A stretch of 40,897 nt of DNA from Luteimonas sp. (lineage in GTDB: Bacteria > Pseudomonadota > Gammaproteobacteria > Xanthomonadales > Xanthomonadaceae): positions 1 to 40,897 of the forward strand of contig JBDSOZ010000170.1 in NCBI GenBank assembly GCA_039914555.1. Reading direction: 5' to 3'. This document shows, in pieces, positions 1 to 9,170 of the stretch. Position numbers and translations under genes: made by a program. How positions within the stretch are numbered: the first letter of the stretch is position 1; each line of letters starts with the position of its first letter. The notes beneath the pieces were generated by a model that did no database searches, was not told the DNA's origin, and saw only the letters and a list, made by a program, of their open reading frames with translations.

Positions 1-197
1 TTGACGCCTGGCGCATCGCATTCAACGACGACTACGGCCGGCCATTCGTGCCGGCAAAACAGCATTTCCGTTCCGAAACAGTCGACCTGCAACGCGGGGA
101 AGTCGAGTGGAACGGTGGCAACCTGTACTTCAACCAGTGGGACTACGACTTCGTAGCCACCCCACAACCTTCAGCACCGATCGGGGAGAGGATATGA
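1..197 (+). CDS. 3' end of a gene entering from the left edge, probably a transglutaminase-like domain protein (partial)
   Basis: Not in the ORF track. The frame from base 3 is open: DAWRIAFNDDYGRPFVPAKQHFRSETVDLQRGEVEWNGGNLYFNQWDYDFVATPQPSAPIGERI*. Its TGA (195-197) overlaps the ATG (194-196) of the receptor gene. The RSETVDxQRGEVEWxGGNLYFxQWDY tail resembles transglutaminase-like proteins as I recall them; not searched. Confidence 0.6.
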   Translation, partial: DAWRIAFNDDYGRPFVPAKQHFRSETVDLQRGEVEWNGGNLYFNQWDYDFVATPQPSAPIGERI

Positions 198-3181
198 GCA
201 GCACTCGCAACTTGCGCAAATCAGTACTTTGCATGGCGATGGGCGCCTGCCTTGCGTCCCTCGCTGTTGCACCCGCACTCGCGCAAAGTGCAACTGGCGC
301 AGTGGGCGGGCGTGCCGAGGCGGGCAGTCAAGTCACAGTTGTGAACCGGTCAACCGGGTTGTCTCGCTCAGTGACGGTCAATGCAGATGGCTCCTATCGC
401 CTCAGTCAGCTACCCGTCGGGGACTACTCCCTGCAGACCACTCGCGATGGTACAGCGGTCGGTTCGCCGATCTCGGTCGCCGTTTCCCTGGGGGGCACCA
501 CCACGGTCAACCTCAACAGCGGCGGTGACCTAGTCAATCTTCAGGCGGTTCAAGTGTTCGGTTCGCAAGTCGTCAATCGCGTCGACGTGCATTCGACGGA
601 ATCAGCGACCAACATCACTCGGGAAGAGTTGTCCCGGATGCCGGTCGACCAGAGCTTGGGTTCGGTCGCCATGCTGGCACCAGGAGTCGTCGCCTCCGGC
701 GCGACGTTCGGCGGATTGTCGTTTAATGGTTCAACGGTGGCCGAAAATGTGGTCTACATCAACGGGCTCAATGTAACCGATCCGTTCCTTCGGCGCGGCA
801 ACTCTTCGGTTCCCTACGGTTTCTACCAGGAATTCCAGATCAAGACTGGTGGTTATTCGGCCGAGTTCGGTCGCAGCACGGGTGGTGTCATCAATGCTGT
901 CACTCGATCTGGTGGCAACGACTTCCAAGGGGGGGTGGAGTTGACGTTCGAACCCACCGGCTGGCGCGCCGACGGCAAGGATCGTTATCACAAGGACGGA
1001 AGCCTCCACGAAGTCTATAGCCGCGATCGTTCAAGTTGGACGAAGTTCAACTATTGGGGCAGCGGCCCGATTGTGAAAGACAAGTTGTTCTTCTTCGGAA
1101 TGTACGAAAGCCGGCAGTCCAAGTCGCAGGGCTTCGGCACCTCCTCTTCAAGCGATGGGTATTCCGACAATGGGTTCTGGGGAGCCAAGCTTGACTGGCG
1201 GATTACCGATAACCATCTTTTCGAAGTGCTTGCGTTTTCGGACGAAGCAGAGTCGACCAGCAAGCGCTTCGCCTACAACTGGACTACTGATGCGCGCGGC
1301 GCCTACGGTGGCGAGGGCTTGTCCGCTAGTGGCGGCCTCAACTGGTCCGCGACCTATACCGGACAATTTGGCGACAACTTCACCGTTAAGGCGTTGTATG
1401 GCGTGAACGAGAGGAGTCTCGACTCCGGGTCGACGCTTGATGGCCTCTGCAGCACGATCACCCGCACCGGTGAATACAACGGAGTCTATGGGCAACCGAC
1501 AATGCCAGTGGGTTGCCACCCCACCAACAGCCGCAAGACCAGCCGCGACGATCGACGTGAGGCCTCGCGACTGGACTTCGAGTGGACAATGGGTGACCAC
1601 CGGTTCCGTTTCGGCGTGGATCGAGAGTCCATGGAAAGTATCAACTTCATCGCCAATCCTGGCGATGGCGTGAGTTACTCGGCGATCGTGGTCAAGCCCG
1701 GAAGCCAGTTGAGCAACGGCACTATCGTGCCCCCGGGTGTTACTCAGGCGCTCGAAGGACGCCGCTACCTTTCCGGTGGCGCGACCACTACCGTCGCCGA
1801 CGCTTTCTACGTGGAGGATATCTGGAACGTGACGGACCGGTTGCTGTTGAACCTGGGTTTGCGCTGGGACAGCTTCGAAAACAAGGTCGGAAACAAGACG
1901 TTCCTGAAAGATGACGGCATGATCTCGCCGCGTCTGGGCTTCAGTTATGACATGCAAGGGGATGGCAGCACTAAATTGTTCGGAAATCTCGGCCGCTACT
2001 ACCTGCCTGTCACCAACAAAGTCACGGACTACTTCGGCATAGGCACCACAGACGAACAGATCGTTTACGTGCTGCAAGGGTGGACCGAAAAGCAGCATCC
2101 CGAGACCGGTGCGACTTACCTAGCGCCCATCCTCGGACCGCAGCTGGGCCCCGTGAACACCGACTTCAACGTGCCGGCTCCGACCGATTATCGCCAAGCG
2201 GTAGCCCAGAACATCAAAACGCCGTTCCAGGACGAAGCCATACTCGGGTTCCAGAAGGCGCTAAATGCGGAGTGGTCCTGGGGTGTCAACGCGACTTATC
2301 GCCGCATGACGCGGACGCTGGATGACGTCAACCTTAACCACTTGCCGTGCCTCAGTGGCGACTGGCCCTATATCAACCCGGGCGAGGTAGTGAAGATCTG
2401 GTGCGAGGACACTAACAGTTTCATCGAGGTCGACACGTCCAAGGAAGGCTACAAAATGGGCGGTAGTGGCAAGATCGTCGGCTTCTCCAAGCCCAAGCGC
2501 ACTTACACGGGTTTGGAATTCCAGATTGACCGTGCCTGGGACAATAAATGGGCGTTCAACGCCAGCTACCTGTTGTCGTGGAGCGAAGGTAACTTTGAAG
2601 GTCCGGTCAATTCGGATACCGGATATGGCGACACGGGCCTGACCCAGAACTTTGACCATCCGGCCAACAACCAAAGTTATGGTCCGCTGTTCAACGACCA
2701 TCGTCATCAGCTCAAGCTTCGTGGCTCCTACAAGTTGAACGAAATCTGGTCGTTCGGCGCAACCATGAGTGCGTTGTCGGGTGGCCCTATCACCGGCTTT
2801 GGCAACTATTGGCCGGACGATACACGTGCCGGCGGCCACGCGACTAACGAATACCGCGGTGGTGGCACGTTCTGGCTTTGCAAACAGAACTGCCTGTCGA
2901 CCGTCCCGGCCAACTGGGTCATGGAACGAGTCGAGCGCGGTAGTTTCGGCCGGATGCCATGGACTTACAACGTCGGTGCAAACGTCACTTGGACATTGCC
3001 GGTCGAAGGCATTGATCTGAAGGCTCGCTTCTCGATATACAACCTAACCGACGAGCAGCAAGTCGTGAACATCCATTCGCGCTACGAAATAGGTCGCGGC
3101 GTCAAGCGGCCGTACTTCGGCGAAGGCACCAACTGGCAGTCGCCGCGCTACATGCAGTTGGTCGTGACTTACAACTTCTAA
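194..3181 (+). CDS. TonB-dependent outer membrane receptor, Oar-like, with N-terminal carboxypeptidase-regulatory-like extension
   Basis: Start moved to ATG 194 (GGAGAGG SD, ATGA overlap). Signal peptide MSSTRNLRKSVLCMAMGACLASLAVAPALA-Q, N-terminal ADGSYRLSQLPVGDY domain, plug motif GGYSAEFGRSTGGVINAVTRSGGN, barrel motifs LNLGLRWD and SPRLGFSYD, C-terminal aromatic VTYNF. Confidence 0.93.
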   Translation: MSSTRNLRKSVLCMAMGACLASLAVAPALAQSATGAVGGRAEAGSQVTVVNRSTGLSRSVTVNADGSYRLSQLPVGDYSLQTTRDGTAVGSPISVAVSLGGTTTVNLNSGGDLVNLQAVQVFGSQVVNRVDVHSTESATNITREELSRMPVDQSLGSVAMLAPGVVASGATFGGLSFNGSTVAENVVYINGLNVTDPFLRRGNSSVPYGFYQEFQIKTGGYSAEFGRSTGGVINAVTRSGGNDFQGGVELTFEPTGWRADGKDRYHKDGSLHEVYSRDRSSWTKFNYWGSGPIVKDKLFFFGMYESRQSKSQGFGTSSSSDGYSDNGFWGAKLDWRITDNHLFEVLAFSDEAESTSKRFAYNWTTDARGAYGGEGLSASGGLNWSATYTGQFGDNFTVKALYGVNERSLDSGSTLDGLCSTITRTGEYNGVYGQPTMPVGCHPTNSRKTSRDDRREASRLDFEWTMGDHRFRFGVDRESMESINFIANPGDGVSYSAIVVKPGSQLSNGTIVPPGVTQALEGRRYLSGGATTTVADAFYVEDIWNVTDRLLLNLGLRWDSFENKVGNKTFLKDDGMISPRLGFSYDMQGDGSTKLFGNLGRYYLPVTNKVTDYFGIGTTDEQIVYVLQGWTEKQHPETGATYLAPILGPQLGPVNTDFNVPAPTDYRQAVAQNIKTPFQDEAILGFQKALNAEWSWGVNATYRRMTRTLDDVNLNHLPCLSGDWPYINPGEVVKIWCEDTNSFIEVDTSKEGYKMGGSGKIVGFSKPKRTYTGLEFQIDRAWDNKWAFNASYLLSWSEGNFEGPVNSDTGYGDTGLTQNFDHPANNQSYGPLFNDHRHQLKLRGSYKLNEIWSFGATMSALSGGPITGFGNYWPDDTRAGGHATNEYRGGGTFWLCKQNCLSTVPANWVMERVERGSFGRMPWTYNVGANVTWTLPVEGIDLKARFSIYNLTDEQQVVNIHSRYEIGRGVKRPYFGEGTNWQSPRYMQLVVTYNF

Positions 3182-3194
3182 GCCATACCCCCTA

Positions 3195-3226
3195 GGCGGC
3201 CCGCTCGTCGGGCCGCCATTTTTTTT
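3195..3226 (+). terminator. Intrinsic terminator-like hairpin after the receptor gene
   Basis: GGCGGCCCG-ctcgt-CGGGCCGCC (9-bp perfect stem) followed by A and eight T. Confidence 0.85.
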
Positions 3227-3246
3227 GGGTGAAGGAAACAGCATTC

Positions 3247-4515
3247 ATGCATCAAGACCATGCCGGCGGCGATCCGGGCCGATGCGAAGGCGTCGACCTG
3301 CATGCGCTGGCTGCGCGCGAAGGCACGCCGTTGCACGTGTACTCCACCGCGGCCATCCATGCACGCGTGCATGGCCTGCAGTCGGCGCTGACTGGCCTCG
3401 ACGCAACCATCTGCTATGCGGTCAAGGCCAACAGCAACATGGCGATCCTGCGCATGATGGCCGACCAGGGCGTCGGCGCCGATATCGTTTCTGGCGGTGA
3501 GCTTTGGCGTAGCCTGCGCGCTGGGATCCCGGCCAACCGCGTGGTCTTCTCCGGCGTCGGCAAGCGCGCAGGCGAGATCATCCAGGCGCTGGACGCGGGC
3601 GTGGCCCGGTTCAACGTCGAATCACGGGCGGAGCTCGACTTGTTGCAGGAGATTGCGACGGCGCGCGCTGAAGTGGCGAAGGCCTCGGTGCGGATCAACC
3701 CCGACGTGGATGCGCTGACCCACGCCAAGATTTCAACTGGCAAATCCGAAAACAAGTTCGGCGTCTCCATCGACGAAGCGCGCAGCTGGTTCGACACGGC
3801 AGCGCAGCGGCCTGCGGTGCAGCTGGACGGGCTGCACATGCATATTGGCTCGCAGATACTGCAGATGGCGCCAATCCGCCAGGCACTGCAGCGCCTGGCC
3901 GGATTCTGGCGTGAGCTCGCGGCGGCCGGCCACGCCGTGGCCAGCATTGACGTGGGTGGCGGCCTGGGGGTGCGTTATCGCGAAGGCGAACGCGCGCTGG
4001 ACGCCGCTGATTACGTCGCCGAAATCCGTACGGCCCTGCAAGGATTCGACGGCCGCATCCTGCTGGAGCCGGGCCGCTACCTGGTGGCCGAAGCGGGCAG
4101 GCTGCTGACCCGGGCGATGCTCACCAAGCAAGGCCAGCAGCGCAATTTCCTGGTGCTCGACGCCGCCATGAACGACCTGCTGCGGCCCAGCCTGTACGAC
4201 GCCTGGCACGACATCGAGCGTGTTGGCGGCGCCGCAGGGCGCGAGTCGGTGGCCTACGACGTGGTCGGGCCGGTGTGCGAGACCGGCGATACCTTTGCGA
4301 TCTCCCGCACTTTGCCGCGTTGCGAGGCCGGCGACCTGCTCGCGATCCACGCCACTGGCGCTTATGGCGCTGCAATGGCCTCCAGTTACAACTCGCGGCC
4401 GTTGGCCGCGGAAGTCCTGGTCGACGGCGACCGCTATGCAGTGGTACGCCGCCGACAGTCGTTCGATGAGATGATCACCGGCGAACAACCGGCAACCGAG
4501 TGGAGCACACCATGA
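3247..4515 (+). CDS. lysA: Diaminopimelate decarboxylase (stand-alone)
   Basis: PLP lysine motif YAVKAN, plus DIVSGGE, HAKISTG..NKFG, HIGSQ, EPGRY, GPVCET and GAYG..S.YNSRP. Start set at ATG 3247 after AAGGAA; GTG 3229 is the alternative. Confidence 0.92.
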   Translation: MHQDHAGGDPGRCEGVDLHALAAREGTPLHVYSTAAIHARVHGLQSALTGLDATICYAVKANSNMAILRMMADQGVGADIVSGGELWRSLRAGIPANRVVFSGVGKRAGEIIQALDAGVARFNVESRAELDLLQEIATARAEVAKASVRINPDVDALTHAKISTGKSENKFGVSIDEARSWFDTAAQRPAVQLDGLHMHIGSQILQMAPIRQALQRLAGFWRELAAAGHAVASIDVGGGLGVRYREGERALDAADYVAEIRTALQGFDGRILLEPGRYLVAEAGRLLTRAMLTKQGQQRNFLVLDAAMNDLLRPSLYDAWHDIERVGGAAGRESVAYDVVGPVCETGDTFAISRTLPRCEAGDLLAIHATGAYGAAMASSYNSRPLAAEVLVDGDRYAVVRRRQSFDEMITGEQPATEWSTP

Positions 4516-5762
4516 ACACCACGCGCGTGCATCAGCTGGCCCTGGCGCTGGCGGCAACGATCCTCTCCGGCTGTGCCGGCGTCCCCGTGCAACCGGCGCC
4601 TGCGCCGGCCGCGCTGCTCACCCTCGACACCCATGTCGACATCCCGCTGGACTACATGCGCGAGCCGCGCTTTGATGCCGGCGGCGACAGCGTGCTGCAG
4701 GTAGACCTGGGCAAGATGGAGCGCGGTGGCCTGGATGCGGCGTTCTTCGTGATCTACGTCGGCCAGGGGCCATTGACCCCGGAAGGCTATGCCGACGCGG
4801 TCGCCAAGGCCGAACGCAAGTACTCGGCCATTGAAATGATGCTGGCCAAATACCCCGATCGGATTCGCGCCGCGACCACGCCGCAGCAGGTGCGCGACAA
4901 CCATGCCCAGGGCCTGCTCTCGGCCATGATCGGGATCGAGAACAGTTATTCGCTGGGCCATGACCTGGCCCGCATCGATGCCGCCTACGCCCGAGGTGCC
5001 CGCTACCTGGGCCTGGTGCATGCCGGCAACAACGACCTGTGCACCAGCTCTGCGCCCGACACCGCACACGGTGAACCGGCTTGGGGCAGTGCCGGCGACA
5101 CCGGCATGAGCGACTTCGGCCGCGCCGCGGTGGCGCGCGCGAATGCGCTGGGGATGATGGTTGACATCTCCCACGCATCCGACAATTGCATGCGCGACGC
5201 ACTGGCCGTGTCGAAGGCACCGATCATCGCTTCGCATTCCTCTGCGCGCGCGCTGGTCGACCACAAGCGCAACATCCCCGACGACCTGCTGCGCGCCATT
5301 GCTGCCAAGGGTGGCGTGATCCAGGCCGTTGGCTACAAGGAATTCGTCAAGCAGGACCCTGCGCGCGCCATTGCGGAAAAAGCGTTGCAGGATCAGGTGG
5401 TGCGGCTCGCCGGTGACACCGAGTACGACAGCGAGAAGCACGATTACCTGCCGGCCATGGTCGAGGGCATGGCCCGGATCGAGCGCGAGCATCCACTGGC
5501 CACGGTCAGTGACTATCTCGACCACGTCCAGCACATTGCCCAGGTCGCCGGTATTGATCACGTCGGCATTGCTGCCGATTTCGATGGCGGTGGCGGTGTC
5601 ACCGGCTGGATGGATGCCTCGCAGACTGGCAACGTCACCGCAGGACTGCGTGCACGCGGTTTCAGCGAGGCCGACATCGCCAAGATCTGGGGCGGCAACC
5701 TGCTGCGCACCTGGCAGGCGGTGATCGATGAGGCCGCACGCGAGCACGGCGAAGCACAATGA
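4512..5762 (+). CDS. Membrane (renal-type) dipeptidase, peptidase M19, predicted lipoprotein
   Basis: Motifs DTHVD, GIEN, VDISH, ASHS, HVGIAADFDGG and KIWGGNLLR. Lipobox ILSG-C. ATG 4512 overlaps the lysA TGA. Confidence 0.9.
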   Translation: MNTTRVHQLALALAATILSGCAGVPVQPAPAPAALLTLDTHVDIPLDYMREPRFDAGGDSVLQVDLGKMERGGLDAAFFVIYVGQGPLTPEGYADAVAKAERKYSAIEMMLAKYPDRIRAATTPQQVRDNHAQGLLSAMIGIENSYSLGHDLARIDAAYARGARYLGLVHAGNNDLCTSSAPDTAHGEPAWGSAGDTGMSDFGRAAVARANALGMMVDISHASDNCMRDALAVSKAPIIASHSSARALVDHKRNIPDDLLRAIAAKGGVIQAVGYKEFVKQDPARAIAEKALQDQVVRLAGDTEYDSEKHDYLPAMVEGMARIEREHPLATVSDYLDHVQHIAQVAGIDHVGIAADFDGGGGVTGWMDASQTGNVTAGLRARGFSEADIAKIWGGNLLRTWQAVIDEAAREHGEAQ

Positions 5763-7345
5763 AGCGGCTCCTTCCGCTCGTATTGCTGCTGGCGGCAGGA
5801 GCGGCGGAAGCCGCGACTGCCTCCGCGACGCCCGCCGCAACACCCGCCCCCGATCGCACGCTCGACGCCACCGTCGAGGCCGCCATCGCCCGCTACCACC
5901 TGCCGGGCATCGCGGTCGGGGTGATCGAAGACGGCAAGATCGCCTATGCCCGCGGCTTTGGCGAAACCGTGGCTGGCTCCGGCGATCCGGTGACCACCAA
6001 AACCCTGTTCAAGATCGCCTCCAACAGCAAGGCCATGACCGCCAGCGTGCTGGCGCGGCTGGTACAGGCCGGCAAGTTGCACTGGGACGATCCGGTGATC
6101 AAGTACCTGCCGGATTTTGCGATGCACGATCCGTGGGTGACCCAGCACATGACCGTGCGCGACCTGCTGGTCCACAACAGCGGCCTGCCCGAAGGCGGCG
6201 GCGACTTGATGTTGTGGCCGGAACCCAACCTGTTCACCCGCGCCGACATCATCCACGGACTCAAGCATATCAAGCCTGCCTATGGCTTCCGTGCCGGCTA
6301 TGCCTACGACAACCTGTTGTACGTGGTCGCCGGCGAAGTCGCGGCCGCCGCTGGCGGCGCGTCCTACGAAACATTGGTGCGGCGCGAGTTGTTCCAGCCG
6401 CTCGGCCTGGACAGCTGCCGGGTTGGTGAATTCAGCAGCGCCGACGCCGGCAGCGTCGCCCAGCCACACATGCGCAGCGGTGATGGCAACAAGGCGATGC
6501 GCGAAGACGGCGATGTCGTGCCTGCCATCACCTCGGCTGCGGCCGGGGGCATTCGCTGCAGCCTGGACGACATGTTGAAGTGGGCGCGCAATTGGCTGCT
6601 GCCGACCCCGGCGCAATTGAAGTGGCTGGGCGCGGAACAGCGCGCAGAGATGTGGAAGGCGCGTACGCCGATGCCGATTTCGCGCTTCCGCCGGCATTGG
6701 GACGACACCCACTACTACGCGTATGCGTTTGGATTCCGCGTGGCTGATGCCGACGGTGAATGGACGGTGTCGCATACCGGAACCCTGGGCGGCATGTATT
6801 CGATGATGATGCTGTTGCCGGATCGCAAGTCTGGTTTCGTGTTCATGATCAACGGTGACGGCGGCAGTGCGCGCACGATCCTCGGCGAAGTCCTGCTCAA
6901 GCGCTTCACGATGCCGATGGACGAACGCGGCTTGGACGACTTCGCCGAGCAAATGGAGGCGCCCGTACCTGGCGCCGCGGTGGCCCAGGTACCGCCTGCG
7001 AAACTTCCGGATATCGCGACCCGCACCCCGGTGACGGCGGCAAGCATGCAGGCATGGCTTGGCATCTGGCGCGATCCGTGGTTTGGCGAGGTTCGTGTGT
7101 GTCCGCTGGGCGAAGGTGTCGAATGGCGTTCGGCCAAGTCGCCCCGGATGCACGGCATGGTCGCCGACCTGGGTGGCCGCTACCTGTTGCACTGGGATGA
7201 CATCGCCGTCGACATTGATGCCTGGCTGGACTTCTCCGGTAGTGGTGGCGCGCGCAGCCTGCACATGGCCAAACTCGATGCCGATGGCGACTTCAGTTCC
7301 GACTACGAGGACCTGGCGTTCAGTCGGGTGCGCGATTGTGATTGA
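5759..7345 (+). CDS. Secreted serine hydrolase, beta-lactamase class C / D-aminopeptidase fold, with extra C-terminal domain (DUF3471-like)
   Basis: Signal peptide, SxxK (IASNSK), LLVHNSG, YxN (YDN) and HTG motifs. ATGA overlap with the upstream gene. Confidence 0.9.
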   Translation: MKRLLPLVLLLAAGAAEAATASATPAATPAPDRTLDATVEAAIARYHLPGIAVGVIEDGKIAYARGFGETVAGSGDPVTTKTLFKIASNSKAMTASVLARLVQAGKLHWDDPVIKYLPDFAMHDPWVTQHMTVRDLLVHNSGLPEGGGDLMLWPEPNLFTRADIIHGLKHIKPAYGFRAGYAYDNLLYVVAGEVAAAAGGASYETLVRRELFQPLGLDSCRVGEFSSADAGSVAQPHMRSGDGNKAMREDGDVVPAITSAAAGGIRCSLDDMLKWARNWLLPTPAQLKWLGAEQRAEMWKARTPMPISRFRRHWDDTHYYAYAFGFRVADADGEWTVSHTGTLGGMYSMMMLLPDRKSGFVFMINGDGGSARTILGEVLLKRFTMPMDERGLDDFAEQMEAPVPGAAVAQVPPAKLPDIATRTPVTAASMQAWLGIWRDPWFGEVRVCPLGEGVEWRSAKSPRMHGMVADLGGRYLLHWDDIAVDIDAWLDFSGSGGARSLHMAKLDADGDFSSDYEDLAFSRVRDCD

Positions 7346-9113
7346 GTCGGGTCGTGGCTGGCTGTTGCTGGGCCTGCTGGCCATGACTGGCCATGTCGCA
7401 GCTGCCGATGGTGACGGCCCACGGCTGTCGCCGGCAACCACCATGGGCGCGGCGGGCCTGGTCGACATTCGCAGCCGGATCCCCGACATCGACGAGGACA
7501 TCAAGTACGCGGGCAACGACAACTTTGTCGGCACGGCGGTGGACGGATACGGCGCGCAACGCTGTTACCTGCGGCACGAAGCCGCCGATGCCTTGGCCAA
7601 GGTCGAGCGCAGCCTGCGGCAACAGCACCTGCGGCTGCGACTGTTCGATTGTTACCGTCCAGCGCGCGCGGTCGCGCATTTCGTGCGCTGGGCGCATGAT
7701 CTTGCCGACCAGCGGACCAAACTCGCGCATTACCCGACCCTGGACAAGTCGCAACTGCTCGGCGTCTACATCGCGGCTGTATCGGGCCACAGTCGCGGCG
7801 CCACTGCCGACCTCACCGTCTTGCGCTGTGATTCGCACGATGCGCATTGCACACCGCTGGACATGGGCACCGAGTTCGATTACTTCGGAACCTTGGCCAA
7901 CACCGATTCGAGCGATGCCAGTGCCGCCCAACATGCCAATCGGGAATTGCTGCGCAACGCCATGGCCGCGCAGGGATTCCATAACTACGAAATGGAATGG
8001 TGGCATTACACGTTCCAGCCCGAACCTACGCCTGGGGTGTTGTACGACGTCCCCATCACTGCAGATGCCAGCATCACCGATGCGGGCAATTCGGACCCCA
8101 TGACCACCCGGCAAATCGCGATCGACCACCTCATGCAGCGCTACGACGGCGCCGTCCCCGGAGCCTCTTTGCTGGTCCTGCACGATGGCGAGGCCGTGGT
8201 CCGCCGCGGCTACGGCCGCTCCGACCTTGAATTGGACGTGGAAGCTGGTCCCGGCACCAACTACCGGCTGGCGTCGGTCAGCAAGCAGTTCACCGCGGCT
8301 GCGATCCTGCTGCTGGCGCAGGATGGCAAGCTTGGGATCGACGACAGCTTGCGCCATTGGTTGCCGTCGTTGCCGCCAGCCACCGGCGCCATCACCTTGC
8401 GCCAGGTCCTCAGCCACGCCTCCGGCCTGGTCGACTACGAAGACCTGATGGCGCCCGACTACCCAGGCCAGATCAGTGATGCAGGCGTGCTGAAACTGCT
8501 TGCGCGCGAAGATCGGGTTTATTTCCCGGCGGGCAGCGCCTATCGTTACAGCAACAGCGGCTATGCGTTGTTGTCGCTGGTGGTCGAGCAAGCGTCGGCA
8601 ATGGCGTATCCGGACTTCCTGCGCCAGCGCATCTTCGAACCGCTGGGCATGCGCGGCACCTTGGCGTATGTCGCTGGCGGTCCCGAAGTCTCGCACCGTG
8701 CCTGGGGCTACAGCGCAAGTGGGGCCAAAGGCGGACAGTGGCAGCGCACCGATCAGAGCAGCACCAGTGCGGTGCTGGGCGACGGTGGTATCTATTCGTC
8801 GATCGACGACCTGGCGCGCTGGGACGCCGCGTTGTACGACGACCGCCTGCTCGACGACGCCTCGCGTGCAATGGCGTTCACCCCGCAGGTGCAGGTCACC
8901 GGCGAGCCCTACCAGGCAGGTTATGGTTTTGGTTGGCGTATTACCGGCGACAGCCTGTGGCATTCGGGCGAGACGATTGGTTTTCGCAATGTGATCGTGC
9001 GCTGGCCGGCGCGCCGCCTCACGGTGGTGTTGCTGAGCAACCGCAATGCCCCCGAGCCCTATGCCACCGCGTTGGCGATCGGCCGTCTGTTCGACCCGAC
9101 GGCGCTCCATTGA
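7338..9113 (+). CDS. Fusion of an M15D D-Ala-D-Ala dipeptidase (VanX/DdpX-like) and a beta-lactamase-fold serine hydrolase
   Basis: Start moved to GTG 7338, which overlaps the upstream gene end and gives a hydrophobic signal peptide. N-half: YAGNDNFVG, FDCYRP, SGHSRGATADLT, DMGTEFDYF, EWWHY. C-half: LASVSKQF, YRYSNSGY, WHSGET. No stop codon between the halves. Confidence 0.87.
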   Translation: MIESGRGWLLLGLLAMTGHVAAADGDGPRLSPATTMGAAGLVDIRSRIPDIDEDIKYAGNDNFVGTAVDGYGAQRCYLRHEAADALAKVERSLRQQHLRLRLFDCYRPARAVAHFVRWAHDLADQRTKLAHYPTLDKSQLLGVYIAAVSGHSRGATADLTVLRCDSHDAHCTPLDMGTEFDYFGTLANTDSSDASAAQHANRELLRNAMAAQGFHNYEMEWWHYTFQPEPTPGVLYDVPITADASITDAGNSDPMTTRQIAIDHLMQRYDGAVPGASLLVLHDGEAVVRRGYGRSDLELDVEAGPGTNYRLASVSKQFTAAAILLLAQDGKLGIDDSLRHWLPSLPPATGAITLRQVLSHASGLVDYEDLMAPDYPGQISDAGVLKLLAREDRVYFPAGSAYRYSNSGYALLSLVVEQASAMAYPDFLRQRIFEPLGMRGTLAYVAGGPEVSHRAWGYSASGAKGGQWQRTDQSSTSAVLGDGGIYSSIDDLARWDAALYDDRLLDDASRAMAFTPQVQVTGEPYQAGYGFGWRITGDSLWHSGETIGFRNVIVRWPARRLTVVLLSNRNAPEPYATALAIGRLFDPTALH

Positions 9114-9170
9114 CGCCGATTTGTCGCGTGGGCGTTTAAGCTGGGCGCCCCTCGACCGACCCAGATCCCC

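Noticed and set aside
4434-9110. Long antisense ORFs (4434-5843, 5558-7534, 7320-9110)
   Set aside because: They mirror well-supported plus-strand genes, have no recognisable motifs, and are expected in high-GC coding DNA.
5759-9113. Reading the SxxK proteins and the VanX domain as an antibiotic-resistance cassette
   Set aside because: No vanH, vanA, vanR or vanS, no ampR and no mobile context. These folds are dominated by peptidases and esterases, and the receptor plus LysA context favours nutrient scavenging.
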